Shown here one piece after another: positions 27,448 to 36,720 of a stretch of 64,000 nucleotides of DNA. Where the stretch lies: positions 1 to 64,000 of the IMG/VR virus record IMGVR_UViG_3300020577_011595. The stretch is one strand, 5' to 3'. Positions within the stretch are counted from its first letter, which is position 1. The number at the start of each line of letters is the position of its first letter. The stretch is from a virus. Its lineage: Duplodnaviria; Caudoviricetes. Below the pieces are notes generated by a model. It saw nothing but the letters and a program-made list of their open reading frames with translations. It was not told where the DNA came from and did no database searches. The position numbers and the translations under genes are program-made.

Positions 27448-28857
27448 TCAGGTGAGGGTGATCGAAGCGGAGACGACGCGCGCGACCTGTGCGCGCAGGA
27501 CGATCTGGTCGGCGGCGGGGGAGGAGCCCGTGAGGCTCGTCAAGCGGAAGTTGAACATGCCGGCCACACCCATCGCCCGCTCGATCAGCTCGGAGACGAT
27601 GACGTGCTCTCCGATGCCCAGGCCGTTGATGTAGTCCTGGATCGCGCTGCGGACGCCCTGGATGACGACGGCGGGGTCGTAGTCGTCGAGGACGCTGACC
27701 TGCGCGACGACGCTCTGATAGAGCGTCTGCGGGGCGAGGACCTGGATCTGGACGCCGTGTCCGCGCACGCCTGGAACGCGAGCATCGGTGGGGTCGCCCT
27801 CGATGACCCGCTGCGTCTCGGCGATCAGGCCCGTGTAGAAGCGATACTCCGCCCGCGCGGAGTCGGTCGCGCCGAGGCCCGTCGGCCAGCTCCCCACGAG
27901 CAGCTCGATCTGACCCGTCGAGGGGTTCAGCTCGTAGTCGGTGCCACGCACCTGCGTCACGAAGCCAGAGCCCGAGTCGATCTCGAGGACGAAGCTCCCG
28001 TCATCGCGGATGGGGCGGTCGTTCGTGAAGAGGTCGACCTCGCCTCCCGTCGCCGAGACGACGAACGTGTCGGGGGCCCCGATGTAGGACGAGTCGTAGG
28101 TCTCGACCGCGCCCGTGCCGTCGTCGATGTAGAGCTGGAGCTGGCCCGACGGGATCACGGGCTCGAAGAGCTTGGCGAAGCGCACGCGCCGCCCGTCGCC
28201 GAGGATGACCGCGCGCGCGAAGCTCTCGACTGCCGCAGGCGTCGCGCGTGAGAGGCCGCGCACGAACGCCTTGATCCTCGCACGGAAGCTCGCATCCGAC
28301 TCCCGGTCGACCCCGGAGGTGACGTCGGCCGGGTTCGTGACTCCGGTGACTCCGGGGATGCGGGTCACGAGCGCGTTGATCTCTCCCGCGGCGACGTTCG
28401 GGCGTGTGCCCGCGACCGTGGCGATCACGGGGATCGCCGCCGACGTCGTGTTGCCCGCGAGGATGGAGCCCGCCGCGGTCGTGCGGAACCGGATCTGCCC
28501 CTGCGCGTCGCTCGCCGCGAACTGCGAGCCCGCGGGGATCACGATGGCCCCCGTGGTGCCGGGGCGGCTGGCGACGATCGTCGACGTGGCGAAGAGCGCG
28601 GCCCGCCGGCTCACGAGCCCGGGGACGATCTCTTGCGCGCGCTCGTCGAGGTCACTGCCCTGCGCGTCGTCGATCGAGAAGAGCTTTCGCAGCCGGGCCA
28701 TCTGGACGTACTGCTCCGCGTCCTCGTTCGCCGCGGCCGCGAGCACGTGGAACAGGGCGGAGTTGCGGAAGAGGCCCGCGAGCCGCGAGCGCGCGACGGC
28801 GCGCGCCACCATCTCGCGGAGGATCTGCGTTCGGTTCCTGGGCTGAAAGAGGGGCAT
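27448..28857 (-). CDS. Baseplate J-like protein
   Basis: GSDLDERA, AGSQF, GVDRESDASFRARI, V.SAIQDYINGLGIGE pattern. Confidence 0.92.
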   Translation of the reverse strand: MPLFQPRNRTQILREMVARAVARSRLAGLFRNSALFHVLAAAANEDAEQYVQMARLRKLFSIDDAQGSDLDERAQEIVPGLVSRRAALFATSTIVASRPGTTGAIVIPAGSQFAASDAQGQIRFRTTAAGSILAGNTTSAAIPVIATVAGTRPNVAAGEINALVTRIPGVTGVTNPADVTSGVDRESDASFRARIKAFVRGLSRATPAAVESFARAVILGDGRRVRFAKLFEPVIPSGQLQLYIDDGTGAVETYDSSYIGAPDTFVVSATGGEVDLFTNDRPIRDDGSFVLEIDSGSGFVTQVRGTDYELNPSTGQIELLVGSWPTGLGATDSARAEYRFYTGLIAETQRVIEGDPTDARVPGVRGHGVQIQVLAPQTLYQSVVAQVSVLDDYDPAVVIQGVRSAIQDYINGLGIGEHVIVSELIERAMGVAGMFNFRLTSLTGSSPAADQIVLRAQVARVVSASITLT

Positions 28858-28860
28858 CTG

Positions 28861-30657
28861 TCACTCTCCGCTCGAAGCACGGCCGAAGGGGAGCACCAGC
28901 GTGGCGCCCGGCCGCCGGCCGCGCACGACGGGCGTGACCTCCTGCGTCAGGACGTCCCCGTCCAGCACCACCCGGGACGACTCGATGCCCGTGATCCGCG
29001 GGTCCGCGAGGATCCCCTCGCGGAGCACGATGGCGCTCAGCAGCACGTGCTGCGCTGTGCCCTTCACCCCGACGTTCCGGCGGATGCCGAGGTCGGGGAT
29101 GAACTGCGTGGTGCCCAGCTCGGTGTTGATCGTGATCTCCGTGCCCTGCACGACGTTCGCGATGCCTCCCACCAGTTCGGCGTCGTAGCCCCCGCGGACC
29201 TCCTCGACCCGGAGGTCGAACAGCTCCCCGTGCTCGTGCGGCGTGAGCGCGAAGTCGACGCCGTAGAGGGCCTCCTCGGGCGTCAGGTAGTCCACCGCGC
29301 CGCGACCCGCGCTACCGCTTCGTGGCGCCGCCGCGGGCACGAGGAGCCGGTCTCCCTCGCCCGCGAGGCCCGGGCCGCCGCCCGGGACGATGTAGGGCGC
29401 GAGGAGGTTGTTGATCAGGGCGACGGCCTCGGGAGTCGTGCCGTAGCGGCTGGCGATGCTGTCGAGCGTGTCGGTGCGCCGGACCTCGTGGATCTCGTAG
29501 CCCCGGCCCGAGGCGACATCGAGGCCCGCGAGCCGACCATCCGAGCCGAGCGCCGCGCGCGTCCGCGAGCCCACCGTTGCCCCGCCCGCGCCCGGGGCGG
29601 ACCCGCCGCCCGAGGAGTCGACGTCCGAGGTTCGCACCCGGCGCTCGCCCTGGAACAGCTCGGCGATCTGCTCGGCGCCGACCTGCATGAAGCGGTCGTC
29701 GTAGAGGGCGATGCGGTCGATGGCCGCCTCGAGCCGTCGGATCGACCGCGCGTTCTCCGTGAGCACGCCGAAGTTGGAAGTCGCGACCGCGTCGATGAGG
29801 TCGTCGCCCGCGCGCGTGAGCATGTCGGTCGTCGTCGCGACGAGCTGGAGGGGATAGTTGATCAGGCCCGCCGCCCCGCGCACGAAGTTGCCCACGGCGT
29901 TCAGCACGCTCGCCGCCTGCACCATGACCGTCTGGATGTTCCCGACCTTGCGCTTGATCTCGCCGATGTTCGCCGTGACCTCCGCGAACGCGGCGCGCGC
30001 GTCGTTGAAGGCCTCGTTGATGTCGCGCACGGCGTTGTCGAACCCGTCGGTGGGCGCCGCGGTCCGGCGCAGGCCGCTCACGGTGGCTTCGGCCACCGCA
30101 GTCATCGTGATCCGGTACTTGTAGTGGACCCTGCTCTGCGCATCGCGGGGCGTCTCGAACTGCCGCGGGACGACGACGAAGTGATCATCGTCGCGCAGCG
30201 CGTGGAAGATCAGCCGGATGTTGGGCGCCTTCGCGGGGTCCTTCTTGAGCGCGCTGTAGCGGCGGAACAGGTTGCGGAGCTTGTTGAAGTGCTCCGTCCC
30301 CGTCATCGCCTGGCCGGCGCCCTGGGCGCCCTGGAACCCGCGGGCCGTCTTGGGGGAGAGGCCGAAGGTCCCCTCGAGCCGGATCTCGCGCGTGATGATG
30401 CCGGTCTCCTCGGCCACGACCTCGTCACCCTGCCCGGGGGTGAGATCGGCCTGGAACGGCTCGCCGAGGGTGTAGCTCGTCGGGTTCAGGACGAGGACGT
30501 GGACCTCGATCGGCGTGTTGGGCGAGGTGATGTCCAGCAGCTCGAACACGTAGCCCTGGCGGTAGCCCTCCCGCAGCTCCGAGATCGACGCCTCCGACCC
30601 GTCCGGGCCCCGGAGGGTGAATCGCTGCGCGTCGGGGCTGGCCGTCGGGGTGACCAT
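28861..30657 (-). CDS. Tube-initiator-like + LysM + gp25/GPW-like fusion protein
   Basis: LysM HEVRRTDTLDSIASRYGTTPEAVALINNL; C-terminal INTELG..PDLGI...ILADPRI resembles gp25. Confidence 0.7.
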   Translation of the reverse strand: MVTPTASPDAQRFTLRGPDGSEASISELREGYRQGYVFELLDITSPNTPIEVHVLVLNPTSYTLGEPFQADLTPGQGDEVVAEETGIITREIRLEGTFGLSPKTARGFQGAQGAGQAMTGTEHFNKLRNLFRRYSALKKDPAKAPNIRLIFHALRDDDHFVVVPRQFETPRDAQSRVHYKYRITMTAVAEATVSGLRRTAAPTDGFDNAVRDINEAFNDARAAFAEVTANIGEIKRKVGNIQTVMVQAASVLNAVGNFVRGAAGLINYPLQLVATTTDMLTRAGDDLIDAVATSNFGVLTENARSIRRLEAAIDRIALYDDRFMQVGAEQIAELFQGERRVRTSDVDSSGGGSAPGAGGATVGSRTRAALGSDGRLAGLDVASGRGYEIHEVRRTDTLDSIASRYGTTPEAVALINNLLAPYIVPGGGPGLAGEGDRLLVPAAAPRSGSAGRGAVDYLTPEEALYGVDFALTPHEHGELFDLRVEEVRGGYDAELVGGIANVVQGTEITINTELGTTQFIPDLGIRRNVGVKGTAQHVLLSAIVLREGILADPRITGIESSRVVLDGDVLTQEVTPVVRGRRPGATLVLPFGRASSGE

Positions 30658-30669
30658 GGGGTGAGCCTG

Positions 30670-31674
30670 TCAGCTCCGCTTGGTCTTGGCGAGATCCGAG
30701 AGGAGCGTCTCGGCCATCGACGGCATGGTGGTCACGGGGGCGCCCGAGACGCCCGTGACATTGACGGTCGAGGGCCCGGGGAGCGTGACCAGGAAGGTGC
30801 CGGGGAGGTGGGTGTGCGCGTCGACGTAGGCCTTGACCTGGTCGTTCACGTAGCTGCGGAACGAGTCGCCGAGCACGAGCCGCTCGGTCGCGCCCTCGCC
30901 GAGGTCGATGCGGAGCTGCCCGCCGTCCTTCCACACCTCGAGCACGTCGTCGTCGTCGCCGAGCGCGACCGTGAACCGCTGCCCCTCCTTCACCCGGATG
31001 CGGACCTGGCCGTAGCCCGTGTCGGAGGCGTCCTCGGTCGCGCCGTCCTCGTAGGCGCCCACCGTGTCGATCAGGACGTCGCCCTGTTCGTTCACTCGCA
31101 GCTCCGCGCCCTGGTGGTGGACGTAGAACTCCCCGCGACGCGGGTGTCCTCGGGTGCCCGCGTCGCCCTCTCGCCACCCGTCCCCCGTCTCGACGAGGCG
31201 GTTCGTCTGCTCGTGGGTGAGCGCGCCCACGATGAGCGGGTAGTCGATGCGACCCTCGATGAAGTCGAGGAGGACCTGGTCGCCGTCGACGTTCCCGAGC
31301 GGGGTGATCTCCCCGACGGGCGTCCCGCGCCGGCTATGCGTGCGCGAGAGGTTCAGCGGGTGCCCCTCCTCGACGACGTCCCTCGTGGTGCCCTTCGGGA
31401 TCCAGAGCCCGTGCGCGTTGTTCACGCCGTGCGCGCGTTGAAGCACCTGTGCGCCGCGGATCACGATGCCGCTTCGGACGAGAAGCACGTCGCATTCGAC
31501 GCTCAGGCCGCGGATGTTGTCCTCGTCGCCGACGACGCGTGCCTCGAGAACGACCGCGCGGAAGGGCCTGTCCCTCGGGTCGAACCGCGGCACGTCGGCG
31601 CGCGGGCGCGCGTCGATCCCGCTCTGAATCACCGCCCCCGACTGCGTCTTCCGCGGCTCGTTCCGTGCGACCAT
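30670..31674 (-). CDS. Baseplate central spike (gpV/Gp138-like)
   Basis: OB-like N-terminus (GDQVLLDFIEG..YP.IVG) and C-terminal AHTH metal-binding motif. Confidence 0.75.
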   Translation of the reverse strand: MVARNEPRKTQSGAVIQSGIDARPRADVPRFDPRDRPFRAVVLEARVVGDEDNIRGLSVECDVLLVRSGIVIRGAQVLQRAHGVNNAHGLWIPKGTTRDVVEEGHPLNLSRTHSRRGTPVGEITPLGNVDGDQVLLDFIEGRIDYPLIVGALTHEQTNRLVETGDGWREGDAGTRGHPRRGEFYVHHQGAELRVNEQGDVLIDTVGAYEDGATEDASDTGYGQVRIRVKEGQRFTVALGDDDDVLEVWKDGGQLRIDLGEGATERLVLGDSFRSYVNDQVKAYVDAHTHLPGTFLVTLPGPSTVNVTGVSGAPVTTMPSMAETLLSDLAKTKRS

Positions 31675-31675
31675 C

Positions 31676-33586
31676 TCACACCCCTGCGTTCTCGAGCCCT
31701 TCGATCGGGTCGATGTAGCCCGAGTCGTCGCCGATCGGGTCGCCGCGTTCCAGCGCGGTCCCGGTGAAGGAGTCCTCCGCTGCCGGCGGCGCGTTGCCAC
31801 CCTCGTCGGTGTTGGGGACGACCAGCGGGTCGGTCATGCCACCTTCCTCGACCGCCGGGGAGTCGGGTGCGCGGTCGTCCGTGGTGCCGTCCCGCTCGGC
31901 TTCCAGCGTGCGCTGCTCGGGCGCGATGGTGAAGTCGTCCCCCTCGACTGCGACCACGTCCGCGCTCGTCGTGTAGCCCTCGACCTGCCCCGAGGGGAGG
32001 TTGAGATCGCAGTCCGCCGCGAGCTGGTCGAGGAACTCGTCGAGGTCGTCCTGTGGGGGCACGCCGCACCGCTCGCGCTCGCTCAGCCCGGGGCGGCTAT
32101 AGGTCTCGTAGGCCGTGTCGAGAAGGTCCTCCCCCTCGAACTCCCCGCGCGTCAGGGTGAGCACCGTCGAGCCGCCGTGAGGGTAGGAGTAGCTGTCCGA
32201 GACGCCCTCGACGTAGTAGGTGACGACCTCGCCGTTCGCGCGCTCCTCGCGCACGCGCTCGCCGATGTGGATCTCGGGGAACATCCGCGTCGTCTCGATA
32301 GTGCCGCTCAGCTCCATCGGCGCCGTGACGTACCAGTCGTGCATCTTCTTGTTCCAGGCCGCGAGCAGGCGGAACCACTGGTCGAGGTCCGCCTGCGGCG
32401 TGTCCCGTCGAGCCGTGTAGACGGGGATGAAACGGGTGCTCTGCGTGAAGCGCCGAACGCCGTACCGCTGGATCGACTCGGTGCTGTAGATCGGGATGTT
32501 GCCCGGCTGCCCGTAGGGCACGCCGCTCACGCCGCGCTGAAGGATCTCCGCGACGTTGAAGCCCTCGGTGCCGATGCCCTCGACCTGGATCAGCCAGTAG
32601 TTGAAGCGGTGAGCCGCGCCGCCCCGCGTCACCTGCCGCTTCCGCACGTCGCCGGGGCGTAGGACATGCGTGCGCAGCCCCTCCCACCGCGCACGCGCCG
32701 TCGTCCTGCCGTCCTCCGAGCGCGTCGGGAACGGGCGCTCGCGGAGGTAGACCTTCGGCACGAGGCTCGCGAGATCCCTGTCCCCAGCCCCCGCGGGGCG
32801 CCCGAGATCCACGAACAGCTCGTTCATGCAGGGGTTGCTCCACTCCTGCATCGCGTCCCAGAGCTTCCCAGCGTTCGACACGTAGTCGAGCTGCACCAGC
32901 GATGTCGCGATGGCGACGCCCTGCTCGCGCTCCTGCATGGGCTCGATGCCTCGCACGCGGCCCGCGTCGAGCAGCAGGTCGTAGAACGAGCCGCGCCCGA
33001 GGCCGGGCGGGAGCATCCACTGCGACTCCGCCGTCCCCGAGTTGCCGACCCACTCCTCGAGCAGCACGCGCATGAAGTGCGCGGGGGTTCCTCGCAGCCG
33101 CTCCAACATGGAGCTGGTGAGGGCGCCCATCGATCGGAGCGCCTGCTGCGAGACGTGGAAGAGGTTGACCCACAGCTCGGTGCTCTCCAACACCTTCCCG
33201 AAGTCGCGACCGCGGATCGTGTAGGTCTCCTGCCGCACGCCCATGCCCGCGCGCGCGTCGTCGCCGCTCACGCCGTCGATGATCCCGAACACGCGGTCGA
33301 TGATCTGCCCGTCGACCTGGACCTTGATCCGCACCCACACGCCCTCGGGGTCTCGCCAGATCCGCTCCGCGCTCCGGTGCATGGAGTGCGGGCGCTTGAA
33401 GGTCAGCGTCCACGAGCCGGACGCAGGGCCGAAGTGCTTGTCGTAGGAGAAGGCGACGACGTGCCCGAAGCGCGCGTCGAACTCGGTCGGATCGTCGATC
33501 GAGAGCCCGTTGTCCTCGTGCGTGTAGAACGCGAAGAGGATCCGCGTGTGCGTGCTCGAGGTGTAGGTGTTCCGCGTCTCGTGCAT
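31676..33586 (-). CDS. Baseplate hub protein
   Basis: Follows the tape measure; GSWTLTF, IRGRDFGKVL, P.NELF patterns. Confidence 0.7.
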   Translation of the reverse strand: MHETRNTYTSSTHTRILFAFYTHEDNGLSIDDPTEFDARFGHVVAFSYDKHFGPASGSWTLTFKRPHSMHRSAERIWRDPEGVWVRIKVQVDGQIIDRVFGIIDGVSGDDARAGMGVRQETYTIRGRDFGKVLESTELWVNLFHVSQQALRSMGALTSSMLERLRGTPAHFMRVLLEEWVGNSGTAESQWMLPPGLGRGSFYDLLLDAGRVRGIEPMQEREQGVAIATSLVQLDYVSNAGKLWDAMQEWSNPCMNELFVDLGRPAGAGDRDLASLVPKVYLRERPFPTRSEDGRTTARARWEGLRTHVLRPGDVRKRQVTRGGAAHRFNYWLIQVEGIGTEGFNVAEILQRGVSGVPYGQPGNIPIYSTESIQRYGVRRFTQSTRFIPVYTARRDTPQADLDQWFRLLAAWNKKMHDWYVTAPMELSGTIETTRMFPEIHIGERVREERANGEVVTYYVEGVSDSYSYPHGGSTVLTLTRGEFEGEDLLDTAYETYSRPGLSERERCGVPPQDDLDEFLDQLAADCDLNLPSGQVEGYTTSADVVAVEGDDFTIAPEQRTLEAERDGTTDDRAPDSPAVEEGGMTDPLVVPNTDEGGNAPPAAEDSFTGTALERGDPIGDDSGYIDPIEGLENAGV

Positions 33587-35433
33587 CAGCCCACCATGAC
33601 CTCGCCGTCGGGGACGTTGCCCGAGCGATCGATCGCGTCGGCTGCGATGCCCGCGTCACGGGAGATCCTGCGCAACGCGTCGGCCGCAGAGGCGCGAGGC
33701 GAGGCACCAGGCCGCATACCCCGATCTTCCACCGGCAGGCTCTCCCGGGGCACGCTGGGCGCTCCTTCGGTGGCTTCATCGACGATCCGACGTATCTCGC
33801 GACCGAACTCTCCGAGCACCTCGCCGGGGTTGGTGATCAGGTCGATCGGCGTCGGGCCACCGGACGACGCGCTGTAGGCCACACGCATCTGCTCAAGGAT
33901 GACCGCGAAGGACCGCTGGAGCAGCGACAGGATCTCGCTGATTCCGCCTGCGATGGCAGGCAGCGTGGACGACACGAGGTTGGCTTCCATCCCGCGGATC
34001 TGGAGCGCGGTCCCCGCGACATCCCCGCCGATGCCGGCGCGCCGGTTCGCGTAGGCCGCCTCCGCGCCTGCGACCCCGAACCCGCCCATGAGCCCCTCCC
34101 GGCGCTGCCGAAGGAAGTCGAGCGAGGCCTGCGTGTCGACCTCGGACGAGAACGCGCTCGCGTCCCCGCTGAACGCTGCGCGGGCCTGGTCGATGGTGGG
34201 GGTGAACCCGAGGAATCGCGGCATGATCTGCCGCATCAGCTCGACGCCCGCGCCCTGGTCACCCCCCGACATCGACCGGATCTGCTGTAGGAGCTGGGGC
34301 ATCACCTGCTCCGGGTTCTCCTGAAACATCCGCAGGGCGTCGTGGTAGCTCGGGCCCCCAGGGGTGCCGAAGCCCACCGCCGCGAGCCCCACCGCCGACG
34401 CCACGTCCATGCCGGGGGAGAAGGCCCGCATCGTGCTCGCCGCCGACGTGGTGGCGCGCGTCGCCCGCTCGCCGGACCACGCGCTGCCCAGCGCGGAGAA
34501 GCCCTGCATCATCCGCCCGAGCGATTCGTCCGAGAGGCTCGTGCCCTCGGTGCGGGCCTGCTCAAGGGCGCTCGCCATGGTCGAGAGGTACTGCCCGAGC
34601 CGGGCGTCGCGGATGCCTGCCACGAGGCCCGCGCTCACGGCCTGGAGCATCACGCGCCCGGCGCTCGAGCCTCCCCTCGTACCCGTGTTGGCGGCGCCCA
34701 CGATGGCCGTGGGGTCCTGAATGCCGCCGAGGTGCTCGAGGGAGAGCGCCGTGCGGGCGCCCAGCTCGTCCAGCGCCCCGCCTCCCGACTGCGCATAGCC
34801 CGCGGCCGCGCTGAAGGCCCTGCCACGGTCGAGACCGAACCGCGTGTAGTCCGCCCCCGCCCCTGCCAGGTCCCGCGAGCCCAGGGCCCCCAGGGAGCCG
34901 GCAATCTGCTGTTGCTGCGCCGCGAACTCCGCGTAGTACCGCTGGACGGCGTCGACGCCGGCCTGGAGGAAGCCGCCGACGATCGGGATGGTCGAGAAGG
35001 CCTGCCCGATGATCCCGTCACCACCTCCGCCCATGCGCGAGAAGAGGCCGCCAGCAGCCGCGCCCGCGTAGGACGAGGCCGCCATCGGTCCCGCGCCGCT
35101 CGGGCCCACACCGCGGCGCCTGGAGTCCTGGGCCAGCCGCCCGATGTTCGCCGAGAGGCCGGAGAGCGCGGTGAGGACATCCGCGTTCGAGCCGCGCCCG
35201 CCCCCGACGCCGCCACCGCTCGGCGGCGCCCCTCCGCGGCGGTCGGCCGCCTGCCCGAAGCGGTCCGTCGCAGAGGAGAGGGCCCCGATGTTCCGCGCGA
35301 TGCGGTCGAGGCCCTTCTCGAAAGACGTGAGGGTGTCCTCGCTGAACGCGCGCTGGACCGACTGCTCGAGGCCCCGGATCTGGCGATCCTCTACGCGGTA
35401 TTCGAGGACTGTCCGGTGTCTCTGCTCGGTCAT
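33586..35433 (-). CDS. Tape measure protein (615 aa)
   Basis: Ala/Gly-rich helical protein directly after the tail chaperones. Confidence 0.75.
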   Translation of the reverse strand: MTEQRHRTVLEYRVEDRQIRGLEQSVQRAFSEDTLTSFEKGLDRIARNIGALSSATDRFGQAADRRGGAPPSGGGVGGGRGSNADVLTALSGLSANIGRLAQDSRRRGVGPSGAGPMAASSYAGAAAGGLFSRMGGGGDGIIGQAFSTIPIVGGFLQAGVDAVQRYYAEFAAQQQQIAGSLGALGSRDLAGAGADYTRFGLDRGRAFSAAAGYAQSGGGALDELGARTALSLEHLGGIQDPTAIVGAANTGTRGGSSAGRVMLQAVSAGLVAGIRDARLGQYLSTMASALEQARTEGTSLSDESLGRMMQGFSALGSAWSGERATRATTSAASTMRAFSPGMDVASAVGLAAVGFGTPGGPSYHDALRMFQENPEQVMPQLLQQIRSMSGGDQGAGVELMRQIMPRFLGFTPTIDQARAAFSGDASAFSSEVDTQASLDFLRQRREGLMGGFGVAGAEAAYANRRAGIGGDVAGTALQIRGMEANLVSSTLPAIAGGISEILSLLQRSFAVILEQMRVAYSASSGGPTPIDLITNPGEVLGEFGREIRRIVDEATEGAPSVPRESLPVEDRGMRPGASPRASAADALRRISRDAGIAADAIDRSGNVPDGEVMVG

Positions 35434-35440
35434 GGCGCGC

Positions 35441-35806
35441 TCAGCGTACGATCCTCAAGGGCTCCTTGCTCGGATCCGTCTCGGCCAGCTCGATCGCGTC
35501 CCACTCCGGGTCCCCGGTGAGGTGCGGCGTGTCCGCGAGCTGCTGGCTCTTGGTGTCGGTCAGGACCGAGCTGCGGACCGGGAGGCGCGCGCGCAGCTCG
35601 GGGGGCAGACGGGACCGCCAGGCGTCCTCAGACTTCGCGCTGCGGATGGCCTCGACGGCCGCGATCCCCCGGACATGCTCAAGGGCCTCCTTCGGGGTCA
35701 CCCGCAAGAGTCTCTCGTCGTTGGGAGGGAGCTGGAACCTTTCGGCCCACAGCAGGCGGATCGTCTCCGACGGGTTGGCCGTCCCCGACTCGATCGCGTC
35801 CCGCAT
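35441..35806 (-). CDS. Tail assembly chaperone, downstream (T-like) part
   Basis: LWAERFQLPPND.RLL; overlaps the previous gene in its +1 frame. Confidence 0.65.
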   Translation of the reverse strand: MRDAIESGTANPSETIRLLWAERFQLPPNDERLLRVTPKEALEHVRGIAAVEAIRSAKSEDAWRSRLPPELRARLPVRSSVLTDTKSQQLADTPHLTGDPEWDAIELAETDPSKEPLRIVR

Positions 35807-36224
35807 CTCCTCGATCGACCGGGCGCTCGCCGTGAAAGGCCGCCTCGTAGTCGAGGCACCTCCGGTAGAGGGTGAAGTAGGGCTCCGCCGAGTAGGCCTT
35901 CTCCGGCACGAACCAGGAGGGCTTGGGGGTCGAGTCGCCGAAGCGCAGCGTGACCTGGAGGTAGGCCAGGCAGTCCACCAGCGCCATGCCCGTCGGGTCG
36001 GCGATGGCGCCCTGCGGCAGCAGCAGCGCCTTCACGCGCGCGATCTGCATCTGGTCGCCGAGCGTGGGGACGCAGAACTCGAAGCGCCCGGCGTGGCGCT
36101 TCCCCCTGCGGTCGACCACGTCGATCTCGATGATCGTCGTGGCCGGGAGATCCTTCTTGGGCTCGTCGGCGACAGGCATCCCTGCCGCCATCCGAGCCGC
36201 CTCGTCGAGGCTCATGCGCGTCAT
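35679..36224 (-). CDS. Tail assembly chaperone (G-like)
   Basis: Between tube and tape measure; GRFEFCVPTLGD...AYLQVTL...PSWF. Confidence 0.7.
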   Translation of the reverse strand: MTRMSLDEAARMAAGMPVADEPKKDLPATTIIEIDVVDRRGKRHAGRFEFCVPTLGDQMQIARVKALLLPQGAIADPTGMALVDCLAYLQVTLRFGDSTPKPSWFVPEKAYSAEPYFTLYRRCLDYEAAFHGERPVDRGDAGRDRVGDGQPVGDDPPAVGRKVPAPSQRRETLAGDPEGGP

Positions 36225-36268
36225 CGTCCTCTACCCTTCCTGCGCCCGAGGGAGCCGGGCGCGACGTC

Positions 36269-36703
36269 TCAGCCCAGCTCGCTCTCGTCGCGGATGCGGA
36301 TCGCGGCGAACTCCACGTCCGTGAGGACGATGGCCCGCGCGCCGATGCGCACGTTGTAGCGGGTCGCCTTCACGCGCTGGATGTTCGCCAGGACCGTGCC
36401 CGTCGTGGGGTCCTCGATGGTGGCGGTCATCTCGCCGCGCCGGAGGATCTGCTCGAGGGTCGGGAAGACGATGATCCCGTCCCGGTTCTTGAGCGGCTGC
36501 GTGATCACGCGCACGAGCTGCGACGAGAAGTTGACCCGGTAGGCCAGCTCCACGTGCTCGGCGACGTCGAACTGGTCGAGCGGCTCGATCGGCTCGACGG
36601 GGATCTCCTCCCCGAACGAGCACTCCATCGCCAGCGCGATCTTCGTGCCGTTGAGGGAGAGGCGCGTGCGCGCGCCGCTCTGAATCAGTCCGCGGTACTC
36701 CAT
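36269..36703 (-). CDS. Tail tube protein
   Basis: 144 aa directly after the sheath; SGARTRL...FGEEIPVEPIEPLD...EHVEL Twort-like pattern. Confidence 0.85.
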   Translation of the reverse strand: MEYRGLIQSGARTRLSLNGTKIALAMECSFGEEIPVEPIEPLDQFDVAEHVELAYRVNFSSQLVRVITQPLKNRDGIIVFPTLEQILRRGEMTATIEDPTTGTVLANIQRVKATRYNVRIGARAIVLTDVEFAAIRIRDESELG

Positions 36704-36720
36704 GGCCTTCTCCTCTCAGC

